DNA from: Dictyostelium discoideum
Lineage: Eukaryota
Assembly (NCBI GenBank): GCA_000004695.1
Contig: CM000150.2
Span: 4,384,001-4,448,000, forward strand
Length of the DNA: 64,000 nt
Reading direction: 5' to 3'
A program made the position numbers and the translations under genes. Below, piece by piece: positions 33,241-49,142 of this stretch (positions are counted from its first letter, which is position 1; each line of letters starts with the position of its first letter). The notes under the pieces are model-generated. The model saw nothing but the letters and a program-made list of their open reading frames with translations, ran no database searches and was not told the origin of the DNA.

Positions 33241-33790
33241 TTTTAATAAAAGTTAATTTAAATACAATTTATTTAAATTTGATTATAAATGAAATTTATG
33301 TTTTTGTTGATATTAAAAATAAAAAAAAAATTTGTTCTTTTAATAGTTTTTTTTTTTTAATTATAAAATAATAAAATTAAAAAATTAATATAAAAAATAA
33401 ATAAATATATTATTATTTTAGAATCACAAGAATTTTTTTTTAGTTACTATAATTTTTTTTTTTTTTAAATTATCTTTAGATTTTTTTTTTTTTTGGAAAG
33501 ACAAGGAGATGGGAAAAAATAAAAAAATTTGGTTAACACAAAGAAAATGACCGACATTTTTAAATGAAGACATTTTTTTGAGATTTTATTTTTAAAAAAA
33601 AAAAAAAAAAAAAATATCTTTTCTATTTTCTCAAATGATTTTTTGGGCTTTTTTTTTTGACTTTTTAAGATTTTTTGATTAATAGTTTATAGTAGAAAAA
33701 ATAAAATAAAAAATAAAATAAAAAATAAAAAAAAAATAAAATAAAAAATAAAAAAATCCCAAGATTTTGAAATAAAATAGTTTTTTTTTT
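33241..33790 (-). promoter_or_regulatory. conserved upstream/promoter region of discoidin copy 1 (duplicated at 35470-36060)
   Basis: Long blocks identical between the two copies directly 5-prime of both discoidin start codons. Contains the 34-bp segment 33535-33568 that is inverted in copy 2. Confidence 0.4.
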
Positions 33791-33975
33791 TTATTTTTAT
33801 AATATTAAAATAAGTTTTTATAATTTTAATAACATTATCCAATTGAAATAATTAAATCTTAGTTAATAATTCTTCAAAATAAAATTGAATTTTTTGAATG
33901 ATATTATTGAATTCAATAAAAAAAATATTTTATTTGTGATAATACTTAATTAATTGAAATTAAAATGAATTTAAA
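33790..33975 (-). pseudogene. decayed fragment of the 3-prime end of the DUF4209-like gene (homolog of 36069-36408), with the internal (ATT)n tract collapsed
   Basis: The reverse complement reads [40 protein letters not shown], compared with [35 protein letters not shown] in the intact gene. The nucleotide alignment 33781-33966 vs 36060-36408 is clear. Confidence 0.6.
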
Positions 33976-34260
33976 ACAACCACTTTAATCCACATCAATT
34001 TCAATATGACCTGTTTGATCTTTATCAAATAAATCAAATTACTATTTAAATAAATCTTTATCAAAACCTCTGAAATGGTTTAAAAAGAAATCTATAAATT
34101 CATATTCTTAAAAACCAGATTTTTTATCTTTTGAAGTGTATTCATTGTAATCTTTAGTTGGTCTATCAATTTTTATTTTATTTGTTTTTTTAAATTAATT
34201 TATTTATTTCTTCTTTTGATAATTTTGTATTTTCTAGCTCCATTTTTTTAATTTAAAAAA
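33976..34260 (-). pseudogene. decayed partial copy of the EF-hand gene (homolog of ~31338-31860) with an internal ~235-bp deletion, no intact ORF
   Basis: CCACATCAATTTCAATATGACCTGTTTGATCTTTATCAAATAAATCAAAT matches exon 2 of the EF-hand gene. The following segment matches exon 1 (AAATCTTTATC..CTCTGAAA...AAATCTATAAATTCA.ATTCT.AAAACCAGATTTTTTATCTTTTGA). The intron and flanking exon parts are missing between the ATCAAATAA microhomologies. Confidence 0.6.
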
Positions 34261-34563
34261 AAAAAAAAAAAAAACAATCATTAAGTTTTTAAAATAAAAT
34301 AAATAAAAAAATAACTTTTTTGAGTATAAAAAAAAAAAAAAAAAAAAAAAAGAACCTTTCTATTTTTTTTTTCTATTGTTCAATTTAATAAAAGAAATCA
34401 ATTATTCCCATTTTTTTTTATTTTTTTTAATAGAAATTTCAAAAGATATAAATTAAAAAAAAAACTAAATAAATAAGTGAAAATTTGTTTTTTTTTTTTG
34501 TTTTCTGGTAAAAACATAACACATGTGGTAATTAAAATAAAATAAAATTTATTTTTTTTTAAT

Positions 34564-35147
34564 TTATTCTAATGAAGTTGCAACATAATCTGCTCTTAAA
34601 TTATAAGCTCTTGCATTTCTCCATACATAGAAACGAGCTTTGAATCCTTTAGTTGTTACATTAATTGCTTGAACATCGACACGAGTTTGTTGGTAAACAT
34701 TTGTACCAGTTGCATCAGCAGATGTTGTATCGATATGACCTAATGTAATTGCAATCAATGGAATTGATTTAAATTCGACTGGGAATAAAACATCAACAAG
34801 AATTTCACGGGCACCAGTATTTGTAGTACTATTTAAAACAGTATCAGCACCTGGTGAAATATTTCTACCAACTTGAGTGAAACTGTGTTGTTCAATTTCA
34901 GCATATAATTCAAATCTTAATGAAATATGAGTATTCCAAGTCAATGGACAAATTGCAATTGAACGAGCTCTAATTGGAGTATCAAAGAAATGAGTGGTAA
35001 CTGTATTACGATCACTATTAGCAGCAATAGAACTACCATTTCTATACTCTTTCCAATTAACACCATCAAGAGTATAACGAACTTTAAATGATGTTACCCA
35101 TTGATCCACTATTATGTATTTAAATTATTAAATTAATAAATTTTAAT

Positions 35148-35215
<68 letters not shown>

Positions 35216-35469
35216 AAATACTTACAATCACCACGACCTTGAATTGCTAAAGAAACATAGGTTTTTGGATTTTCAGAACCAGCCATAATGTATTGATTAG
35301 TATCGAGAATAGCAGCACACCAAGCTTTTGAACCACCTTGAGTATTTGGAGCACCATTTTTAAAATTTAAAACACTATTAAATTGAGTGTGAACACCATT
35401 AAAATTAGTTGAAGTTTTAAGATTAACAAGAGAGTTATAAACTACTGGAACTAAATTTGCTGTTGACAT
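34564..35469 (-). CDS. discoidin-I-family lectin, copy 2
   Basis: Two exons: 35469..35226 and 35108..34564. Exon 2 protein is identical to copy 1. Exon 1 differs at two residues (R18K, E48K). Intron 1 contains an A65/T65 homopolymer (35149-35213). Confidence 0.85.
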
Positions 35470-36060
35470 TTTTTTTTTTTTTTTTTAATAAAAGTTAATT
35501 TAATACAATGTTTTTAAATTTGATTATAAATGAAATTTATGTTTTGTTGATATTAAATAAAAAAAAAATTTCCTCTTTTTATAGTTTTTTTTTATTATTA
35601 AAATAATAAAAAATAAAAAATTAAAATAAAAATAAATAATTATTTCAGAATCTTGGGAATTTTTAGATTTTAGTTATAATAAATTTTTTTTTTTTTTTTT
35701 TAAATATCTTTGTAATAATTTTTTTTGGAAAGATAAGAAAATGGGAAAATATAAAAAAATTTAGTTCATTTAAAAATGTCGGTCATTTCTTTGTGTTATG
35801 ACATTTTTTTGAGATTTTATTTTTTCAAAAAAAACAAAAAAAAAAAAAAAAAATATCTTTTCTATTTTTGCAAATGATTTTTTTTTTTTTTTTTTTGGGG
35901 TGAAGGGGTAGGCTTTTTTTTGCATTTTAAGATTTTTTGGTCAAAAGTTTATAGTAAAAAAAATTAAATAAAAAATAAAAAAAAAAAAAAAAAATAATAA
36001 TATTAACTAAAAAAAAAAAAATTTCCTAAGATTTTGAAATAAAATAATTATCTTTTTTTT
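35470..36060 (-). promoter_or_regulatory. conserved upstream/promoter region of discoidin copy 2
   Basis: Alignable to 33241-33790. Carries a G-rich insertion GGGGTGAAGGGGTAGG (35893-35915) that copy 1 lacks, and the inverted 34-bp segment (35766-35798). Confidence 0.4.
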
Positions 36061-36068
36061 TTTTTTCC

Positions 36069-39204
<3,136 letters not shown>

Positions 39205-39542
39205 AAGATTTTTTTTTTTTTTTTTTTTTTTCAAAACAGTGCTAGAAAACACATCACTTAATAAAAAAAAAAAAATGAAAAAAAAAAAAATGGAAATTGT
39301 TTGTAGCCTGATTGCGAATTTTTAAATAATGGTAAAAAAAAAAAAATAAATAAAAATAAAAATAAATAAAAAAATAAATAAAAAAATAAATAAAAAAAAA
39401 AAATAAGATCTTATTAACAAAATTAAAAAATATTTTAGAAAACAATTAACCTTATTTTTTTATTATTTTTTTATATTTTATTTTTTTTTTTTTTTTTTTT
39501 TTTTTCAAAAAATATCAAAAAAAAAAAAAAAAAAAAAAAATG

Positions 39543-39579
<37 letters not shown>

Positions 39580-39806
39580 TGATATTTTATATTCAAAACA
39601 CATCACCACCAAATTGTATATTTAAAAAATAAATATCAAACGAAAGTTCAATAAAAAAAAAAAAATAAAAAATAAAAAATAAAAAAAGATAAAATAAAAT
39701 AAAAAGTTGTATACTATAAAAATTACACAAATATTACAATAATATAAAATAAAATAAAATAAAAAAATACATGGTTTATTATTAAAATTTATAAATATAT
39801 ACAAAG

Positions 39807-40042
39807 ATGATAGCAGCACAATGGAAAATTATTGGTAATTCAACTTATATTAAAAAAGAAATTTATAGTATGAGTTGGGATGTAGATTTAAAACAACAAG
39901 TTTCAGTTGGTTCTCCATTTGCAGGTCCAATAGCTGTAATGAGAGATTCTTCAAAATTTGTTGAAATGAACTCTCAAAATATGAAACCATATTTAAAAAT
40001 TTTTACAGCATCTGGTGATTTAATTTCTCAAATGATTGTATG

Positions 40043-40073
<31 letters not shown>

Positions 40074-42401
40074 AAATATATATATATAAAAAAATATATT
40101 AATATTTTATATAATTTTTTTGAAAAAAAAAAGTGGGATTCATCAAAAAATATAGTTGCAATGGATTGGATTGAAAAAGAAAGATTAGTTATAGTTTTAC
40201 AAAATGCAACAGTTTTAATATTTAATGTATTTTGTGAACAAATGACACAATTTTCATTAGGTGATATAGTTAGAGAGGAGGAGATATTGGAATGTAAGAT
40301 ATGGAGTGATGGCATAGTTGTATTGACATCAGCATCACAATTATATTCAGTACCATCGATTAATGATTTCTTTGTAGAGAGTGGTCGTGTAATTAGATTA
40401 CCACCATTACCAGAGGAGCCAAAGGCTAGACCGGAATGGGCGATATTGGAGCCACAATTCTCGTTATCCCAATCGATTGAGATATTCATGTCAATCAATG
40501 GCACACTTTATTTAATTGATGAAGATAAAGTTGAGAGTCAATTAGAGGCGACCGAGCCCATTCAAAAGATGGTGGTATCGCCATGTGGCAAAAAGTTGGC
40601 ATGCTTCGATACCAAAGGGACATTACTGATTTTAAAGACCGATGGGTCGACCACCAACCCCGATCGTATGGACACAAAAGCCACCAAATCACCAGTATTG
40701 AAATGGTGTGGTAGCGACGGGGTTATGATGTACTGGGACTCGATTAAGGACCCAATCCTATTCTACTTTTCCAAAGGTGACAGTTGGGCCAAATTCACAT
40801 TGGACCAACCAGTTTCATTAGTCACTGAAATCGATGGTCTTAGAATCATATCCGATACGACATCGGAATTCTTTCATAAAGTATCTGATGTCACAATCGA
40901 TATCTTTAAAATTGGCACAACCAGTCCTGCAAGTATACTATACGATGCAACAGATCATTTCATTTCAAAATCTCCACAAGCCGATGAATCAATTCGTTCA
41001 ATTAATGATCAATTGGAGGATGCAGTAAATGATTGTATTTTAGCAGCAGGTTTTGAATTTAATGGTGGTGAACAATCTAAACTATTAAAAGCTGCAAGCT
41101 TTGGTAAATGTTTCCTCGAGAATTACAATCCTTCACAATTCGTCACAATGTGTAGATCACTACGTGTATTGAATGCAGTACGTCATCATGAAATTGGTAT
41201 ACCATTATCAATCAAACAATACTACCATATTGGTATTGAAGAATTAATCGATCGTTTAATTAGCAGAAGAAAACATCTACTAGCATGGCGTATTTGTGAT
41301 TATTTAAAAATTAAATCAGATGTTGTATTAAATCATTGGGCTTGTACAAAAGTTAGAACCGATATACCAGATCAAGAATTGGGTAAAATTATCATTAAAA
41401 AGTTGGAATCTGTACCTGGTATTTCTTTTGCAAACATTGCATCTGCAGCTTATTTAGCTGGTAGAAGTAAATTGGCAACTAAATTATTAGAGTATGAACC
41501 AAAGGCTGCAGAACAAGTACCACCATTGATTAAAATGGGTGAAAGTGGTTTAGCATTAAATAAAGCTATAGAATCTGGTGATACTGATTTAGTTTATTTA
41601 GTATTGCTAGCAATGCAAAGATCCCTACCATTGGCTGATTTCTTAGAATTAACATTCAGTAAAGTGGTTGCATTGGATTTACTAATTTCAATGTGTAAAC
41701 AAAAGAATGATTTCCCACTACTAAGAGAGATCTACCATATTAAAGATCAGTCAAAAGAAATGGGTAATATCTATCTTCAAGAAGCATTATCCTCCCACCC
41801 ATCTCAATTGGATCAAAGAATTAAAGCATACAATAAATCCATCGAGCATTACCATCACTCAAAGGATAAAGACGATCAAGCCACTTCAAAATTCATTGAT
41901 GATCAAATTAAATTGGAAATGTTACAAAAGGAATTAGAAACCAATTTACAAGATGAATCATTCGTTGGAATTTCAATCAATGATACAATCTATAAATTAA
42001 TCACTATGAATCAACCAAAGAAAGCTCAATCAATTAGATCAGAATTTAAAGTTCCTGATAAAAGATTTTGGTGGATTAAAATTAAAGCTCTTTCAATTAT
42101 GAATGATTGGGAAGAATTAATGAAATTTTCAAAAGAAAAAAAATCTCCAATTGGTTATGAACCTTTTGTTGAAGTTTGTCTTGATCAAAAAAATCAAATT
42201 GAAGCTTTAAAATATATTCCAAAAATTACTGATATTTTACCAAAAATTCAATTCTATATTCAAATTGGTTACTTTAGAGAAGCTGCTGATATTGCTTTTA
42301 AAGAGAAAAATTTTGATCTTTTAAATCTTATCTCTAGAAAATGTACAAATAATGAAATTTTAAATATTATTGAACAAATGAAATCACAAATTAGAAGATA
42401 A
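39807..42401 (+). CDS. vps16: vacuolar protein sorting-associated protein 16 (Vps16, HOPS/CORVET subunit)
   Basis: Two exons: 39807..40037 and 40134..42401. The 96-nt intron is in frame and stop-free, so the ORF track fuses it into one ORF. Vps16 N-terminal YSMSWDV, a beta-propeller region and the Vps16 C-terminal domain are conserved throughout. Confidence 0.9.
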
Positions 42402-42424
42402 AAAAAAAAAATAATAATAAATAA

Positions 42425-42455
<31 letters not shown>

Positions 42456-44582
42456 AAATAATAATGAAAAAAAAAAAAAAAAAGAATTTAAAAATATAAA
42501 ATTAAAAATAAAAATAAAATAAATTAAATAAAAATAAAATAAAAAAAAAGAAATGAATAATTAAAAAAATAATTAAAGAGTTTTAAAAAAAAAAATATAT
42601 TTTTTAAACTTTATAATCTATTTTTAAAATGCCCCCTTAAATAGAATTTTTATGGAAAAATTGACTTTTAAAAGATTTAATAATTCCATTTTTAGTATGA
42701 AAATAGAAAAAAAAATAATATAAAAAAAAAAAAAGAAATAAAAAGGTGAAAAGATTATAAAAATAAAAAAAAAAAAATGAAAAAAAAAAATGAAAAAAAA
42801 AAAAAAAACACAATTGTGTTGTGTGTGTTGATCAAATCAAAAAAAAAAAAAAAACACAATTGTATTATTTTTATTATCTAAAATTAGATTTGAACCACTA
42901 ATTCTTATATTTTTGTTTTTATTTTTGGTATTTTTTTTATAAAAATAATATAATTTTTTTTTTTTTTTTTTTAAAAAATAAAAAAAAAAAAAAAAAAAAA
43001 AAAAAGAAAATTAAAAATAATCAAAAAAAAAATAAAGATGAAAATTACTCAAACATTTGAAAAAATTTAAAAATAATTAATAAAAGAACAATTAAATATA
43101 TAAGCTTTGGTTAAATTTATTTATATTAAATTTTAAACTACAAAAAAAAAAAAAAAAAAACATTAAAACAATAAAAGCACACACACAAACACTTAAAAAC
43201 ACTAATTCAATTAAAAAAAAAAAAAAAAAAAAAAAACATTGTTTCTATTCAAAAAAAAAATTATTTCAATCTTTTTATTCTTTTTTTTTTTTTTTTTTTT
43301 AGGTAATTAAAAATAATCATTGAATTATTAATTAATTATTTTTTATATTATCAAATTTATTCACCTTTAAGTTTGGTAAGTTTTTTAAAATGACAGTTTT
43401 TGATAATTTTCAAAAAACAGTAAAAAGAATCAAATAAATCATGTTTGTAATTCACATAGTTTTTTTTTTTTTTTTTTTTGAAACTATATATAATTAAATT
43501 TTTTATTTTTTTTTTAAATTATATTTTTTATATCTCAAAATAATATTACAGTAATTTTTATTGTTTTTTTTTTTTTTCAATGAAGATGTTCAGAAATTTA
43601 ATAAAAAAAAAAAAAAGAAAAATAGAAAAATAAAAATAACTATGTTTTTAGTGGTGTGTGTTTTTTTTTTGGTGTTTATATGTGGGAAAGTTATTGTTTT
43701 TCTTTCAATTTGGTTAGAGAGAGTGATTGAATATTTTTTTTTTTATTTTTTTTTTTTTTTTATTTTTTTTTTATTTTTTTTTTTTTTTTTTTATATTGAA
43801 ATTAATCACTGACAAAAGATTTCTCAAATAATTTTGTTAATTTTTTTTTATTTAAATTTCCTTTTTAAACTAAATACACACACTCACACATTTCAACCAC
43901 ACTCACATTAAAAAAACAAATATTTCTTATTTAATTTTTTTTTTTTTTTTTTTTTTTTAATTTATAAAAAAAAAAAATAATAAAATATAATAATAAAAAA
44001 AAAAAAAAAAAAACATTTATTGTCTTGATTAAATTATTTTTTATTTTTTATTTTTTTGATATATCTATTTTATTTTTTAAATAAATTAAAATAATTATTT
44101 TAGAATTTTTTAATTTTCTAAATAAAGTCATTGGAAAAAAAAAAAAAAAAAAATTCTCACCATATCAAAAAAAAAATAAAAAATAAAATAATTAAAATAG
44201 TATTGAATATCGGGGTAAGGTTTTTTAATAATTATATATTAAAAATATTAAAAAGTTCACATTGTTACCCACATTATGGATTTAGCATTCAATAAATAAC
44301 CTATTACCTTTTTTGTTCTTTTATTATTATTTTTTTTTAATCACTTTTTTTTTATTTTATTTTAAAATTTTATTTATTTTTTTTTTTTTTTAAATAAATT
44401 AAAAATTTTTGATTTATTTTAATAATACAAAAACATAACTGTTCAACATTTATTAATATAATTAAAATTTAACAATATTATTTTTTATTTTTTTTTTATT
44501 TTAATTTTTATTTTTTTCTTTTTCTTTTTGTGTGGTGTTGCCTATTAATAAATTATCCAATTATCTATATCAATAAAATACA

Positions 44583-44645
<63 letters not shown>

Positions 44646-44968
44646 TTAAAAAAAAAAAAAAAAAAAACATTTAATAACATATACCATTATTTATATAAAT
44701 AAATCATCCATTTTTTTAATAATATATTAATGCGTTACAGTTATTTTGTGTGTGTTTTTTGCGCCTTTTTTTATTTTTGTGTGGTACTACATTTATATAA
44801 ATACACCCTAAAAGATTCAGTAATTTTTGTTTTTTTTCTTTTTTTTTTTTTTTTTTTTTCAATTTATTTTTATTTATTTTTATTTTTTTAACAGTGTTTG
44901 TGTGTGTGTTCAATACAACTACAACAACAATAATAATTTATATCAATTATAAAAATAACTTTACTTTG

Positions 44969-45007
<39 letters not shown>

Positions 45008-45408
45008 CCAATTATTTATATAAAAATATTTTTAATTAAATAATTTATTTTTTTATTTTTTCTGTCTCAATTTTAACCATACATAACAATAAAATAAAAA
45101 TAAATAAAATAAAAAAATAATAAATAAAAAAATAATAAATAAAAAATAAATAAATAAATAAAAAATAATTAACTTAATAAAAAAAAAAAAAAAAACCATA
45201 AAAATAAGATTTTAATTGATTTTGGCTAAATAATAATAATAATAAAATAATAACATAAAATAGTTAAAATATTAATTTTTTTTTTTTTTTCTTGTAGATA
45301 AAAATAAAAATAAACAAAAATAAAAATAAAAATTTAAAAATAAAAAAAAAAAAAAAAAAAAACCAAAAACTTAATTTGCAATTTTATAAATAAATTAAAA
45401 TCAAAATA

Positions 45409-45444
<36 letters not shown>

Positions 45445-45641
45445 ACAATAAACCAACTTTTTTTTTTTTTTTTTTTTTAAATCATTTTTTAAATTCCACT
45501 ATATTCAATTAAATTATTATTTTCTTTTATAAACAACAATAAAAAAATTTTTTAAAAATATTAATATTAATAATTTGTATATTATTTAATATTAATATAA
45601 ATTAAAAAGTTTCAAAAATTCAATTATTTAAAAGACATAAA

Positions 45642-45705
45642 ATGATAAATTCAAAAATGACAATTCCAACAGATAATAATAGTAGTAATAATAAAGGTTA
45701 TAACG

Positions 45706-45779
<74 letters not shown>

Positions 45780-45794
45780 GAACATCCAAATATA

Positions 45795-45837
<43 letters not shown>

Positions 45838-46923
45838 TAAAAGAATCATCATCATCAAATTCAAATCATTCATCATCACAATCTTCATCAACAGCAACTG
45901 TAAATAGTAATCCAAAAGTTTATCCATATGAAATTATAAAGCAAGTTGGTCAAGGTACATTTGGTAAAGTTTATGAAGCAAAAAATCAAGATAATAAAAG
46001 AGTGGCCATTAAAAAAGTTGAAAAATCAAATCATTTCATTAGTAGAGAATACGATATTCTTAAAATTGTTGCTCATCCAAATTGTTTAAGAATTTTAGAT
46101 ATGTTTTATACTGCCGAGGATAATAAAAAAATGCAAGTAAGTATAACTATTTAATTTTATAAAAAAAAAAAAAAAAAAAAAAATTAAACAAAAAAAAAAA
46201 AAAAAAAAAAAAATATTAAAAATTGTTTATTATTTTATTTTAGAATTTAGTATTCGATTTTATTCCATATACTTTAGCAAGTTTATTAAAGAAAAGACAA
46301 TTATCAATTAATTTCATTAAAGTGCTATTTTATCAATTATGTCAAGCAATTAAACATATTCATTCAAAAGCAATTTGTCATAGAGATATAACTCCAAATA
46401 ATATTTTATTAAGTTCAAAAGGTGAATTAACATTAGCTGATTTTGGAAGTGCTAAAATTTTAGAATCAAATCATACAAGTATGTCATATATTTGTTCAAG
46501 ATATTATAGAGCTCCTGAATTATTAGTTGGTTGTTCAAATTATACTACTAAAATTGTATGTTTTTTTTTTTTTTTTTAAAAAATTTATTTAATTATTAAC
46601 TTTTTTTTTTTTTTTATTTTTTTATTATTTTTTTTTTATTAGGATATTTGGTCAATTGGATGTATTTTAGCAGAAATGTTAATTGGTAAACCATTATTCC
46701 CTGGTACAAATTCAAATGATCAATTGGGTAGAATTATTGAAGTATTAGGATCACCAACAAAAGATGATATGGAAGCAATGAAACCAAGTAAACCATACCA
46801 TTTACAATTACCAAATATTAATCCAAAGTTTTTCGAATCATTACATAATGTTGAAGATAAAACAGTTGTTGATTTATTATCAAAAATTTTCATTTTTGAT
46901 CCTGTAAAGAGTAATTAATTTAT

Positions 46924-46959
<36 letters not shown>

Positions 46960-47380
46960 AACATTATTTATTTTTATTTATTTGTATTTAATTTCTTTTT
47001 TTTTTTTATTTTTAATAGGAGCATCGATTGATGAAATTATTGCACACCCATTTTTAAGAGATGTAAATATAAATAGTTTAGAATTATTTGATGAAATGAA
47101 ATGTTTTTCAGTATCAGGTAATGGTAAATCATCATTAACAACAAATTCAACTTCATCATCTTCGACAACTGCTAATATGACCTCTTTAGCAAGTTCAAGT
47201 AGTAATAATAAAACAACTTGCTCTGAAACTTATCTTTCAAGACTACCAACAAGCGCAATCACAAGTAGTAGTAATTTAAAAAGTATAGATAATAGTAATA
47301 ATGGAAAATCTTCTTCCTCTTCAAATAATATTCCAAGTTTAAATAATAGTAATAATGGTGTAATTACAAATACTATTTAA
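45642..47380 (+). CDS. GSK3-like CMGC protein kinase (divergent glycogen synthase kinase-3 family; possibly the Dictyostelium glkA-type gene)
   Basis: Four exons: 45642..46136, 46244..46555, 46643..46910, 47019..47380. [26 protein letters not shown]. The GSK3 hallmark [14 protein letters not shown]...[21 protein letters not shown]. Spliced C-terminal motif [18 protein letters not shown]- and C-terminal low-complexity extensions. Confidence 0.85.
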
Positions 47381-48688
47381 AGTTAAAACTTTATAAAAAA
47401 AAAAAAAAAAAAAAAAATAACACTAAAAAAAAAAAAAAACAAATTAAAACCAAATTAAAACAAATTTAAAGAAAAAAAAAAAAAAAAAAAAAAAAAATTG
47501 GAAAAAAAAAAAAAAAAGAAAAAAAAAAAGAAAAAAGAATAAATCAATTTTTAAAAAAAAAAAAAAAAAAAAAAGTAATAATAAGATATTTAAATGGTAT
47601 TTGTCAAAAATGTGTTAGTTATTAATAACAAATATATATAATGCGGCTGATATTAATAAAAATTGAAGAAAGAAAAAAAAAAAAATGTAAATAATTAAGA
47701 AAAAAAAAAAAATAATAACATATTAAGTCCTCAACTCTTCAATAAATATGCACATTAAAAAAACAAATAACAAAAACTCACCACACACAATATAAAAAAA
47801 AAAAAAAAAATAATAATAATAAAAAAAAAATAAAATCTAAAAATAAATTTTTGAAAAAAAAAATAATAATAATAAAAAAAAAAAAAAAAAAAAAAAAAAG
47901 ATAAACCGTGTTGTATGATTATTTTTATTTTTTTTTTTATTTTTTTTTTTTTTTTTTTTTTTTCTTTATTTTTTTTTTTCAAAAATTTATTTTTGGGATT
48001 TCAGTTATACAAAAAAAGAATTTTGAGGGTATAATAAATATAGAATTATAAATTACCATTGAATCATAAATTTTCTCAAAAAAAAAAATAAATAAAAAAT
48101 AAAAAAATAAAAAAATAAAAACAAAAAAAGTTGGATAAATATTAAATTTAATTTAACTCTTACATTCACTCACACATTAAATATCTCAACGCCGTTTGAG
48201 TGGTAGTCTGAAAAAAAAATAAAAAAAAAAATAAAAATAAAATAAAATTTTTTTTTTTTGAAATAAAAAAAAAAAAAAAAAAAACCAAAATATATTTTTT
48301 TTTTTTCTGTTAACTATCATTCTTTTTAAATCAACAAGTTGAAATATAAAACAATAATAATAAAAAAATAAAATAAAATAAAAATCTAAAATAAAAACAT
48401 TAAAAAATTTTAAAATAAAATTGTAATATTAGTCCTTCATCAGATAATAATAAAATTTATTATAAAAATAAAATTTTAAAATAAAATAAAAAAAAAAAAA
48501 AAAAAAAAAAACAAAATTTTATTTTTTATTTTTTATTTTTTTAAAATTTTTTCAAAAATCAATCATCAAGAATAAAAATTAGAATAAAACATTAAGAAAT
48601 AATAAAAAAATAAAAATAAATAAATATATTTATATAAAGAAGTAAAAAAAAAAAAAAAAAATAATAATAATTTAATATAAAAAAAAAA

Positions 48689-49078
48689 ATGTCGACAAAT
48701 AATCTTGGTAGACCAGTAAGACCAACTGGTAGTAAAAAGACAGGTGGAGCAAGCTCAGTAACGATAACAATGTCAGATTTTCAAACATATGAAATGCAAG
48801 CTAGACAGGTCGAATGTAAATTATGGATAGAATCGATTATAGATGAAGAAATTGATAATGATCTTCATCAAGCATTAAAAGATGGTGTAGTTTTATGTAA
48901 ATTAGCAAATACAATGTTTCCTGCTATTATAACACGTTATAATAAACAATCTTCAATTACTTTTAAATTATTAGAAAATATTAATTCGTATGTATATATT
49001 TTACTTCAATTATTTCTATCAATAACTTCACCCACTCCCCCTTCCCCCCTCCCCCACTTGTATAACCATACTAACTCA

Positions 49079-49142
<64 letters not shown>

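Larger units (their letters stand above)
31330..33975. repeat. segmental tandem duplication, copy 1 (EF-hand gene part + discoidin copy 1 + upstream region + truncated DUF4209 3-prime fragment)
   Basis: Colinear with copy 2 (33976-36408). Discoidin exons are ~99% identical and the upstream regions are clearly alignable (e.g. TTTTAATAAAAGTTAATTTAA..., AATATCTTTTCTATTTT..CAAATGATTTTTT, AAGATTTTGAAATAAAAT). Confidence 0.8.

Noticed and set aside
39807-42401. Vps16 as a single 864-aa ORF, as in the ORF track
   Set aside because: The segment 40038-40133 has a GTATGT donor and an AAAAAAAAAG acceptor and encodes only poly-L/K/Y junk. The spliced model restores the conserved Vps16 sequence.
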